From an uncultured Acidobacteriota bacterium (GTDB lineage: Bacteria > Acidobacteriota > Thermoanaerobaculia > Multivoradales > JAHEKO01): a stretch of DNA of 64,000 nucleotides. The stretch's first letter is position 1; each line of letters begins with the position of its first letter. Position numbers and translations under genes: made by a program. The notes under the pieces were generated by a model, which did not search any database, was not told the DNA's origin, and was given only the letters and a program-made list of their open reading frames with translations. The DNA is taken from assembly GCA_963713825.1 (NCBI GenBank), contig CAVQNG010000003.1, positions 1,728,001 through 1,792,000 of the forward strand, read 5' to 3'. Shown piece by piece: positions 1 through 8,573 of this stretch.

Positions 1-1371
1 GGGCCCTCCGATGCAAAGCGAGGGGTGATGAGCTGGGAGGATTTCCTGGACCAGGGCGCCGATGTCTCCGAAGAGGAGGTAGCGCAGAGGGGCGAAGAGC
101 TCGGTCCGGAAGATCTGGCCTCGATCGTCTATACCTCCGGCACTACGGGTGAGCCGAAGGGGGCCATGATCAGCCATGGAAACCTGGTTTTCACCAGTTG
201 GTCAGCGGGAGAGTCCCTCTACATGGAGCCATTCTTCAGCACTCTCCTATTTCTACCTCTGGCGCATGTCTTCGCGCGGCTCATCGTCTACGTCTGCCTG
301 CGAAAGGCCGTGCCCGTGGCATTCGCCGAGAGCTTCAACACAGTCGTACAGAATCTGCAGGAAATCCGTCCGCACTTCATCGCCAGCGTTCCCCGGGTCT
401 ACGAGAAGGCCTACGACAAGATCGTCTCGAATGCGGCTGACGCCGGCGGCATCAAGCTGAAGCTCTTCTACTGGGCTTTGGGCGTCGGCCGCAAGGTTGG
501 CGAGCTGCAGCAGAAGAAGCAACCCATCCCAGGCGGGCTGGCGCTCCAGCACCGCATTGCCCACAAGCTCGTACTGCACAAAGTCGTCGAGATCTTCGGC
601 GGGCGTATGGAGTGGTCGGTGTCTGGCGCAGCGCCGCTCAACAAGTCCATTGCCGAGTTCTTCCATGCCTGTGGTGTTCTGATTCTCGAAGGGATCGGCA
701 TGACCGAGAACACCTCCTTCACCCATGTGAACCGGTTCGACAACTACAAATTCGGCTCCGTCGGCCAGCTCGGTCCCGAGGTCGAGCACCTGATCGCCAC
801 AGATGGTGAGCTGCTGACGCGCGGCGCCAACACGATGCAGGGCTATTTCAAGAACCCCGAGGCAACCGCGGAGACCATTGACCAGGAGGGTTGGCTCCAC
901 ACCGGTGACATCGGGGAAGTCGATACGGAAGGGTTCCTACGGATTACCGATCGCAAGAAGGACTTGATCATCACGGCCGGTGGCAAGAACGTCGCGCCGC
1001 AGCACGTCGAGCAGGTCTTGCGTACATCCCACTACATCGGGCAGGTGGTTGCCATCGGCGACCGGAAGAAGTTCCTGTCGGCCATCATAACCCTCGATCC
1101 CGACACAGTGCCGGAGTGGGCTGCACAGAACGATCTCGGGGATTTGACCCTGGAGGAACTGGCCGTGCACCCCAAGGTGCACGAGCTGATCGAGATGGAG
1201 ATCGAGCAGCGTAACAAGAGCTTGGCCTCTTACGAGGGCATCAAGAAGTTCGAGATTCTGCCGCGGGACTTCTCAATCGAAGGCGGCGAGCTGACGCCGA
1301 CACTCAAGGTCAAGCGCAAAGCCGTCGTCGAGAAGTATAAGGACGAGATCGAATCGCTATACGAGACCTGA
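1..1371 (+). CDS. Long-chain fatty-acid--CoA ligase (AMP-dependent synthetase), 5'-truncated by the window edge
   Basis: AMP-binding motifs YTSGTTGEPKG, GIGMTE, GWLHTGDIG, DRKKDLIITAGGKN and LTPTLKVKR. Frame 1 is open from base 1. Confidence 0.93.
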   Translation, partial: GPSDAKRGVMSWEDFLDQGADVSEEEVAQRGEELGPEDLASIVYTSGTTGEPKGAMISHGNLVFTSWSAGESLYMEPFFSTLLFLPLAHVFARLIVYVCLRKAVPVAFAESFNTVVQNLQEIRPHFIASVPRVYEKAYDKIVSNAADAGGIKLKLFYWALGVGRKVGELQQKKQPIPGGLALQHRIAHKLVLHKVVEIFGGRMEWSVSGAAPLNKSIAEFFHACGVLILEGIGMTENTSFTHVNRFDNYKFGSVGQLGPEVEHLIATDGELLTRGANTMQGYFKNPEATAETIDQEGWLHTGDIGEVDTEGFLRITDRKKDLIITAGGKNVAPQHVEQVLRTSHYIGQVVAIGDRKKFLSAIITLDPDTVPEWAAQNDLGDLTLEELAVHPKVHELIEMEIEQRNKSLASYEGIKKFEILPRDFSIEGGELTPTLKVKRKAVVEKYKDEIESLYET

Positions 1372-1398
1372 GCACACAGCGGCTAGGCCACACAAAGC

Positions 1399-1995
1399 TC
1401 AGTCTTCCTCTGGCTGCGGCTCCGAGGGCTCTTCGCTGTCTTCTAGGGGAGGAGCGCAATCCCCATCTCTCAGGGTGGTGCGGGCAGCCTCGAGGTACTC
1501 ACCGAGTCCCTTCTCCGCCAGATCCTTGAGTAGGAGCAGGGGTGTACCGTAGTCCTCCTGAAGCACGGCCAACTCTTCCTTGAGACGCCGACAGAGGGGG
1601 GAATCATCGCCCTCTTCGCGGCAGATTCCGACGATCTCGGTGAGGCCGGGGCCTTCGAAGCCGTGGAGTGGCTGCTCTGCAGGGCTGGTCTGAAAAGGTT
1701 GGAGACGACCGGACTCCCGCTCCTCGGGCTCGAGGTAACGGCGAAAGATCAGGTCGTCCTTCGATCGCAGCAGAGCGTCGCCGTCACTATCCCTGACGAC
1801 GATGACCTCCTCTGGGCGATCAGCCAGTCGGACCTCCAGAATCTCCATGCCGTCGATCGGGCGATAGAGGACCTTGTTTCCGTTGTGTTCGAAGAAGCAC
1901 CCCTCATCGGCGACGGCGAGCGTGGAAGAACAGAGGCCCGCAACAGCCAAGATCAAGACAGAGACGATAGAGGGCGATTCAGTCATCGGACTCAC
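1399..1995 (-). CDS. Hypothetical secreted protein
   Basis: 198-aa ORF with a signal-peptide-like N-terminus (VSVLILAVAGLCSSTLAVA) and an acidic mature region. No family recognised. Confidence 0.6.
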   Translation of the reverse strand: MSPMTESPSIVSVLILAVAGLCSSTLAVADEGCFFEHNGNKVLYRPIDGMEILEVRLADRPEEVIVVRDSDGDALLRSKDDLIFRRYLEPEERESGRLQPFQTSPAEQPLHGFEGPGLTEIVGICREEGDDSPLCRRLKEELAVLQEDYGTPLLLLKDLAEKGLGEYLEAARTTLRDGDCAPPLEDSEEPSEPQPEED

Positions 1996-2048
1996 AGGTC
2001 GCGAGCCAAGATTCTACCTGGATCCTGGGCATAGTACCGATGTCTCAT

Positions 2049-2214
2049 AGAGGTCCGTCCGGGTGGTTCGCAGGCGGACGGCGGCGGCTACTCAGACTCT
2101 GGCGGGCTGGCCGCCACCTCGTCTCGTCGTCGCGCCCCATCTCCTGTGCCCTATCAGGGACCTTGCGCTGCGCTCGACTCGGCGCCCCCTGTCGAACCAC
2201 CCGAACGAACCTCT
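2049..2214. mobile_element. MITE-like 166-bp element with imperfect ~26-bp terminal inverted repeats
   Basis: The left end is AGAGGTCCGTCCGGGTGGTTCG-CAGG (2049-2074). The reverse complement of the right end is AGAGGTTCGTTCGGGTGGTTCGACAGG (2188-2214). The element is intergenic and non-coding. Confidence 0.55.
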
Positions 2215-2471
2215 GGCACTACTGATGGCAGTAGGGGCTTAGGGGAGTAGAGGCTTCGGGTTGGCTTATATTTGTGCCCTGGAAGTCAGGACCTGTCTCA
2301 CCAACGGTTGTACAGAGTTCGGCGTGGGGACCTCCAGGGGGTTGGTTGCTGTGGAAGGGAGAATAGCCCCCTGGGGGGCCCATGTCGGACCCTCCCACCA
2401 CAGTCATTGGAGCGGGACTCAAGCCCCCTGCGAACCATCCGGACTGACCTCTACGGGAAGAGGGTTAGACA

Positions 2472-2499
2472 CGCAAGACCCAGGTCCCGAGTCCCAGGA
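2472..2499 (+). repeat. Degenerate heptamer tandem repeat (CCCAGGA family), downstream of yceI
   Basis: CGCAAGA-CCCAGGT-CCCGAGT-CCCAGGA. The same unit recurs at 45795, 46076 and 48610. Confidence 0.55.
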
Positions 2500-2561
2500 C
2501 AAGCGAGAGCCGGGACCGCCCGGTTGGGCGAGCCCAGCTTGGATTGGCCAGGTGGTCGAGC

Positions 2562-3185
2562 CTACTTGCGGTGGGCTTCGAGAAGGATCTCGATGTTGAC
2601 GTCGCCACCTACGACCATTGTCGCTGCCCAATTGCCGACGCCGACGCCATAGTCGTTGCGGTCGATCGAAGTGGCGGCCTGGAAGCTCGCCACTTCCTTG
2701 GTTCCGCCCATCATTTGCTGCATCTGCTCGGGCAATTCCTGTTTGCCCAGGAGTGTGATCGGCAGGTCCACTTCTCTGGATTCACCCTTGATCGTCAGCT
2801 GTCCGCGAGCCACGATCTGATCGTTGCCGCTGGCCTTGACCGAGGTGCTCTTGAACGTGATGTAGGGGTACTTGTCGGCTTCGAAGAAGTCTGGCGACAT
2901 CAGATGACCGTCTCGCTTCTCGTTGCCGGTGTTGATGCTCGAGACCGGAATCTTGACTTCGACCGAGCTGGCGGAGGGGTTGTCCGCATTGTAGTCGAGC
3001 TTGATCTCGAACTCGTCGAAGCTACCCGTGACAGGAGTGAAGAAATGCTTTACCGAGAAGTTGACCTCGGTGTGGGCGGAGTCGACGCCCCAGGTCGCGG
3101 CTCCAGAGGGCGATCCAGCAACCAGGCTGAATGCGGCCGCCAGGGCCAGGGCTAGTAGGAACAGATTCCATTTTGGACTTCGCAT
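2562..3185 (-). CDS. yceI: YceI-family periplasmic lipid/polyisoprenoid-binding protein
   Basis: Signal peptide plus W.VD.AHT.V.F.VKH, SINTGNEKRDGHL.SPDFF...KYP.ITF and IDR.DYG motifs. Confidence 0.92.
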   Translation of the reverse strand: MRSPKWNLFLLALALAAAFSLVAGSPSGAATWGVDSAHTEVNFSVKHFFTPVTGSFDEFEIKLDYNADNPSASSVEVKIPVSSINTGNEKRDGHLMSPDFFEADKYPYITFKSTSVKASGNDQIVARGQLTIKGESREVDLPITLLGKQELPEQMQQMMGGTKEVASFQAATSIDRNDYGVGVGNWAATMVVGGDVNIEILLEAHRK

Positions 3186-3226
3186 TTCGTTCTCCTTTTT
3201 CTATGTTGAATCTTCGCTGCTTCTAT

Positions 3227-3276
3227 TAAACGTTCAAAACGTGCAAAACGATAACTCTAATTTGCTGTCTTGTCAA
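3227..3276 (-). promoter_or_regulatory. Sigma70-type promoter of yceI overlapped by three 9-bp direct repeats
   Basis: The minus strand reads TTGACA (3276-3271), N17, TATCGT (3253-3248). The plus strand has repeats TAAACGTTC/AAAACGTGC/AAAACGATA at 3227-3253. Confidence 0.65.
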
Positions 3277-3371
3277 GCACTCGGTTGATCGATCTGTATT
3301 GCGGGTCAGTCATTCTCATTTCCGTCATCTCAATACATGAGTGGGCCTGAGCCAGGGTTTCTTACACCTCC

Positions 3372-4700
3372 TTGGCTCGCTTGCCACACTCGGGAGGCCG
3401 CTTCAGGCCGTTTCCTGTAGAGTCCGGGCAAGACGCCCGATCGACATTGCTTCAGAATGGGTCAGTACAGAGGAGGTTCAGCCTGATCGCCGACAAAGGG
3501 CGCACCCTGACACTGCTTTCGATTGCGGTTCTGTTCTCCCTGTCACTGTGGTTCTCCGCCTCTGCGGTGCTGCCGCAGCTCATCGAGGAGTGGGAGCTGG
3601 ATGGAGCCGCCCAATCGTGGATGACCATGAGCGTCCAGGTCGGCTTCGTTCTGGGGGCCCTTCTGAGCGCCCTGTTGAATCTGGCTGATCGTTTTCCTCC
3701 GCACAGGTTGTTTGCCGCAAGTACGGTCCTTGCCGCAGCAGCCAATGCCGCGATACCGATGCTGGCTGACGGTCCCGGTTTCGCGTTGGTTTGTCGATTT
3801 CTTACCGGCGCCCTTCTTGCCGGGGTCTATCCGGTAGGCATGAAGATGGTGGCTACCTGGTGCAAGCGTGACCTGGGGCTATGGATCGGAATCTTGGTGG
3901 GAGCACTCACTGTGGGCGCCGGACTGCCACACCTGCTCAACGGGCTGGGGATCTTCGGCGAGGGAGGAATGCCTCCATGGAGGAACGTCCTTCTCACGAC
4001 CTCCGGTCAGGCGGTTCTAGCGGCGCTGATTGCGTGGTTCTTCGTACGACCAGGGCCCTATCTAGCTCGCTCGGCTCCCTTCGAATGGCGGGCGATGGGT
4101 CGTAGCCTGTCGGACAGACCGACGAGGCTGGCGAATTTCGGCTATCTGGGACACATGTGGGAGCTCTATGCCATGTGGGCCTGGGTACCGGCCCTCTTGA
4201 TAGCGAGCTATGGAGTCGCGGGTTGGGACCTGGCCAACGCCCGGATCGCCGCGTTTGCCGTCATCTCGATCGGCGCCTTCGGTTGTGTCCTGGCGGGCCG
4301 GGCGGCAGATCGCTATGGCCGGACGCTGGTGACCAGCTGGGCCATGATGCTCTCAGGGACTTGCGCTGTCTCGGTCGGGTTGTTTTTCGAGCGACCTGGC
4401 ATCCTGACAGCCCTATGCCTGATCTGGGGATTCACGGTTATCGCCGACAGTGCTCAGTTCAGTGCTGCTGTCAGCGAGCTGACGGATAGCCAGTACGTCG
4501 GAACGGCTCTGACTCTCCAGACCAGCATGGGATTTCTCTTGACCCTGGTGACGATTCGTTTGGTCCCGCCTCTAGTCGATCTCGTCGGGTGGCGCTACGG
4601 GTTCAGTTTCCTCGCGCTGGGCCCTGCCTTCGGGGTGTGGAGCATGCTGCGCTTGCGTAGCTTGCCGGAGGCCGAAAAGATGGCATCGGGCAACCGCTAA
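3372..4700 (+). CDS. MFS transporter (true start probably ~3483)
   Basis: About 12 hydrophobic segments with motifs NLADRF, GVYPVGMK, GYLGHMWELYAMW, GRAADRYGR and ADSAQFSA. A strong SD (GAGGAGG, ~3470) lies just before an in-frame CTG at 3483. Confidence 0.9.
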   Translation: MARLPHSGGRFRPFPVESGQDARSTLLQNGSVQRRFSLIADKGRTLTLLSIAVLFSLSLWFSASAVLPQLIEEWELDGAAQSWMTMSVQVGFVLGALLSALLNLADRFPPHRLFAASTVLAAAANAAIPMLADGPGFALVCRFLTGALLAGVYPVGMKMVATWCKRDLGLWIGILVGALTVGAGLPHLLNGLGIFGEGGMPPWRNVLLTTSGQAVLAALIAWFFVRPGPYLARSAPFEWRAMGRSLSDRPTRLANFGYLGHMWELYAMWAWVPALLIASYGVAGWDLANARIAAFAVISIGAFGCVLAGRAADRYGRTLVTSWAMMLSGTCAVSVGLFFERPGILTALCLIWGFTVIADSAQFSAAVSELTDSQYVGTALTLQTSMGFLLTLVTIRLVPPLVDLVGWRYGFSFLALGPAFGVWSMLRLRSLPEAEKMASGNR

Positions 4701-4759
4701 CACGCTTGAGTAGCAGATCACCCAGGAGAAAGCCCAGAAGCAAGGCCCATATAGAAGGG

Positions 4760-4781
4760 CAGCCCCGCTATTGCGGGGCTG
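4760..4781. terminator. GC-rich hairpin downstream of the MFS gene
   Basis: CAGCCCCGC-TATT-GCGGGGCTG forms a perfect 9-bp stem. There is no clear U-tract on the + strand. Confidence 0.4.
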
Positions 4782-4923
4782 GGAGGGGAGGGGGAAGACT
4801 GCGGCAGTGAGGTCTGATCAGGTGGGATCAACTGCGGTCATTGGTGAGTGGTTCGGGATGGAAATTCCTTACAGGTGTCTTGCATCGGATGTGCTACATT
4901 CCCCCTCACCCAAAGGAGGCCCA

Positions 4924-7428
4924 ATGAGTCCGTTAGCTCGCGTCGGTGCCAGGCACCGTCCGTCGAAATGTGCAGTGTTCCATCTGCTGACCCTGTTGAG
5001 TTTCGTGTCCCTGCTGACGTCCTGTTCGGCTCCGCCGGAAACAACGGCTGTGGCCTTGGTTGACCGGTTCTCGGAGGCAAGCATCGACGGCACCTTGGAG
5101 GACCAGGAGCCTCCGCCACGCACCGAATGGCGTTTCGACGGTGAGGCGACGGTCGCCATACCCGAAGATCACCCTGGCCTGATGGGCTGGGAGGCGCTGA
5201 ACGGCATCGAGGATCTCGAAGTCCGCGAGGGCCACCTGGCGGGCCGTTCCACCTCGAACCCCCTGTTGATCGTCTCGCCGCCGGAAGGCCAAGATCCCAA
5301 CGACTACTTCCATGCCCTAGAGATCCAGCTCCGGGTGTCGGCTGGCAACCGGCTGAGCGTGGCCTTCGAGTCGGAGGAGGAGCCCGACAGGGAGGAGGTG
5401 GTCGAAGATCTCGAGAGCGATGCCTTTCTCGACTTCAGCACCGAGCTCTTGCCAGGTGAGGACGTCCAGACCTACACCCTCACCAGCGCCAATGCCACGT
5501 TCAACACCTCCTATCCGCTATCGAGCCTCCGCCACATCGTCATTCGTCCGACCGATGTCGAGGGGGCCGAGTTCGAGGTCGTCTCAGCTCGCCTCGTCTC
5601 GCTCAAAGAGCATCTGACAGCGATTCCTTCGGGAGTCAGTTGGCAGGGGTTGAGTGATGTTTTCCAGGAAACGATCGTGGCCCGCTCGCCCGAGCGCCTG
5701 ACCTTCGACGTCGACTTGCCCTCGGAACCTTTCCTGGACCTGTCCATCGGAACCGTGGATAGCGGTGCGGTGACCTTTGGCGTTGAAGTGGAATCGGAGG
5801 GTTCCTCCAGCGAGCTGCTCACGCGCACCATCACCACCGCTGGTCGATGGCATTCCACACCAGTCGAGCTGGGTGAATTTGCAGGGCGCCGGGTGGCGCT
5901 TTCCCTCACCCTCCTGGCGGACCGCCCTGGTACGCCAGGGTTCTGGGGATCGCCGGTGATCCGCAACAGGGCCGGCCACCCAGAAGTCACTCCCAGCTCA
6001 CCCGCTCGGGCTGCCGTGACCGGTGACGACCCGCCTCCGCCTCAGGGTGTGATCCTGATCATTGCCGACACCTTGCGGCGAGATCATTTGCAGCCCTACG
6101 GCTACGAGCGTGACACTGCACCGGTTCTGAACAGCCTGGCCAGCGAGGGTGTCCTGTTTCAGGATGCCATCGCCCAGGGGACATGGACGAAAGTCTCGGT
6201 CTCGTCCATTGTCACCTCGCTCTATCCCACGACGCACGGCGTCAAGGACATGCCGGATCGACTGCCCGCTGGGGTGACGACCCTGGCTGAGGCCTATCGC
6301 ACAGGCGGGTATGCCACGTTCGCCACCTCGTCGGTGCCCTTCACGGGCAAGCTCACGAATATGCATCAAGGGGTCGAAGTGCTGCACGAGCGATCGTCGC
6401 TTCCGGAGGTCGATTTCAGCGAGTCCAAGACCTCGAGGACCTACACCGATCGACTTCTCGAGTGGATCGAGCTGCACCAGGACGTGCCCTTTTTCGCGTT
6501 TCTCCACGTCTTCGATCCACACAGTCCTTTCGAGCCCTACCTTCCCTACGATTCGGTCTGGCTGAGCGCCCAGGAGTCGGCCGAGCACCGTGAGCAGATG
6601 GAGCAGGTCAAGGAGTTCATCGACGACGACTTCAGGAAGGCAGAGGGCCTGCCCAACCCAGAGGAACTGGCCGAGGCGGGGATCGACCAGGAGACCTACG
6701 TATTCCGAGAGAAGGCCTGGTACGACGCCTCGATTCTGGCCATGGACGTCGAGCTCGGGCGACTGATGGAGCGGCTCGAGGAGATGGGGCTCGCCGAGGA
6801 CACCCTGATCGCCTTCGTCAGTGACCACGGGGAGGAGTTCCTGGAGCACGGCCGACACTTTCACGGTTACAGCACCTACGGTGAGATGCTCAACGTGCCC
6901 CTGATCCTGCACTGGCCGGCGGCGATCCCGGCGGGTGTCGAAGTCGAGCAGACCGTGCAGGCCATCGACTTGATGCCCACTCTTCTGGAGTTGAGTCGGC
7001 TGCCAGTGCCGGACCGGGCTCAGGGCCAGAGCCTGCTGCCACTCCTGGCGGAGTCCAACCCCAGCTCGCTGGGCTGGTCACCGCGGCCCGCCATCGCCGA
7101 GAGGGCCCTCGCCCCAGCGGCCTTCGAGAACGAGGACGATCCGGACCAGGTCGCGTCCTTCGCCATCGTTCACGACGGCTGGAAGCTGATCAAGAACACA
7201 ACTCGACCTGCGGACTGGCCGGAGTACGAGCTCTATGACCACGAGGCCGATCCGCTGAATGCGAACGACGTGGCTGACGATCACCCCGAGGTGGTCGAGC
7301 GTCTGGCCGGGTACCTGGAGAAGTGGCACGAGGCGGCACTGGAGGCCAAGGTCGAAGCCGAGGCGACAGCTGAATCCATGAGTGCCGAAGAGCTGCAGCA
7401 GCTTCGGAGCCTCGGGTATATCCAGTAG
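4924..7428 (+). CDS. Sulfatase-like (alkaline phosphatase superfamily) lipoprotein with long N-terminal beta domains
   Basis: SD AAAGGAGG before ATG 4924 and a lipobox-like LLTSC. Motifs IIADTLRRDHL, DPHSPF, SDHGEEFLEHG, VPLI, IDLMPTLL, ELYD...DP and a C-terminal QLRSLGYI. Confidence 0.88.
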   Translation: MSPLARVGARHRPSKCAVFHLLTLLSFVSLLTSCSAPPETTAVALVDRFSEASIDGTLEDQEPPPRTEWRFDGEATVAIPEDHPGLMGWEALNGIEDLEVREGHLAGRSTSNPLLIVSPPEGQDPNDYFHALEIQLRVSAGNRLSVAFESEEEPDREEVVEDLESDAFLDFSTELLPGEDVQTYTLTSANATFNTSYPLSSLRHIVIRPTDVEGAEFEVVSARLVSLKEHLTAIPSGVSWQGLSDVFQETIVARSPERLTFDVDLPSEPFLDLSIGTVDSGAVTFGVEVESEGSSSELLTRTITTAGRWHSTPVELGEFAGRRVALSLTLLADRPGTPGFWGSPVIRNRAGHPEVTPSSPARAAVTGDDPPPPQGVILIIADTLRRDHLQPYGYERDTAPVLNSLASEGVLFQDAIAQGTWTKVSVSSIVTSLYPTTHGVKDMPDRLPAGVTTLAEAYRTGGYATFATSSVPFTGKLTNMHQGVEVLHERSSLPEVDFSESKTSRTYTDRLLEWIELHQDVPFFAFLHVFDPHSPFEPYLPYDSVWLSAQESAEHREQMEQVKEFIDDDFRKAEGLPNPEELAEAGIDQETYVFREKAWYDASILAMDVELGRLMERLEEMGLAEDTLIAFVSDHGEEFLEHGRHFHGYSTYGEMLNVPLILHWPAAIPAGVEVEQTVQAIDLMPTLLELSRLPVPDRAQGQSLLPLLAESNPSSLGWSPRPAIAERALAPAAFENEDDPDQVASFAIVHDGWKLIKNTTRPADWPEYELYDHEADPLNANDVADDHPEVVERLAGYLEKWHEAALEAKVEAEATAESMSAEELQQLRSLGYIQ

Positions 7429-7445
7429 GGGGCTAGAGGCTCAGG

Positions 7446-8573
7446 TCAGATCTTGATGAAGATCTTGCGACGATAGAGCAGGGCCATGAGGGCCCACCAG
7501 AGCAGCAGATATGTCAGTGCGAAGGCGAGCGAGGCGATCGTGGGAGAGGCCCAGGAGGCGAAGAAAGTCTCATAGAGCCACTGTTTCAAGGTAATCGGGT
7601 CCGGATCTGCGGGTACATGGATCCGAATCATCAACCGGGCGACGAGCCCCGACAGCATGAATACGGCGATCGCGTTGAGGCCGAAGACCACGGCCGGCTG
7701 CGCCCACTTGCCGTGGCCCCTGACGTCGATCAGCCAATAGCAGGCTGCCAGGCAAACGAGGGCCGCACCCGAGCTGAAGAGCACATAGGAGCTGGTCCAG
7801 AGGTTCTTGTTGATGGGGAACCAGAGACCCCAGACGAGTCCCGCAGCCATTGCAAGACCGCCAGCGACAGCCATGCCTTGGGCGATCTGGACACGCTCGC
7901 GTCCCGAACGCAGCCAATAGCCGGTGAAGACCCCGCTGAGCGCAGTGGCGATGGCTGGGAATGTGCTCAAGAGTCCCTCGGGGTCCCAGGTCCCCTGGTA
8001 CAACCGACCCGGGAGCAGCACGCTGTCGATCCAGCCTGCGAGGTTTCCTTCCGGAGTCAGATCACCGGCTCCGAACCCTGGCACCGGTACCCATTTCATC
8101 AACCCCCAGTAGCCCAGCAGTAGACCTGCACAGACCCAGACCTGGGCTCGTTGCGAGAGATTCAGGACGATCAACGAGGTCGCCAGGTAGACCACGGCGA
8201 TGCGTGGCAACACCCCGACGTAGCGCAGGTTGCCGAGATCGAAGTCGGGAAAGGCACTGAGCAGCAGGCCGAGACCGTAGATGATGGCCGAGCGCCGGAA
8301 GATCTGGCGATACAGATGCGACCGATCCCCTTCCTCGAGTCGACTGGCGAAAGAGAAGGTCATCGACACCCCGACAATGAAGACAAAGAAGGGGAAGATG
8401 AGATCCGTCGGAGTCCACCCGTGCCATTCTGCGTGGGCGAGGGGAGGATAGATGTTCCCCCAGCTACCCGGGTTGTTGACCAGGATCATCGCGGCAATCG
8501 TCAAGCCCCGGAACGCATCCAGGGAGACCAGGCGTTGCGAAGACTCTGCGGGAGTCGCGCCGCTGCTCTCCAC
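7446..8573 (-). CDS. Heparan-alpha-glucosaminide N-acetyltransferase-like (HGSNAT/NagX-type) membrane acyltransferase
   Basis: Motifs RLVSLDAFRGLTIAAMILVNNPG, HAEWHGWTPTDLIFPFF, DPEGLLST and PINKNLWTSSYVL. Confidence 0.9.
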   Translation of the reverse strand: MESSGATPAESSQRLVSLDAFRGLTIAAMILVNNPGSWGNIYPPLAHAEWHGWTPTDLIFPFFVFIVGVSMTFSFASRLEEGDRSHLYRQIFRRSAIIYGLGLLLSAFPDFDLGNLRYVGVLPRIAVVYLATSLIVLNLSQRAQVWVCAGLLLGYWGLMKWVPVPGFGAGDLTPEGNLAGWIDSVLLPGRLYQGTWDPEGLLSTFPAIATALSGVFTGYWLRSGRERVQIAQGMAVAGGLAMAAGLVWGLWFPINKNLWTSSYVLFSSGAALVCLAACYWLIDVRGHGKWAQPAVVFGLNAIAVFMLSGLVARLMIRIHVPADPDPITLKQWLYETFFASWASPTIASLAFALTYLLLWWALMALLYRRKIFIKI

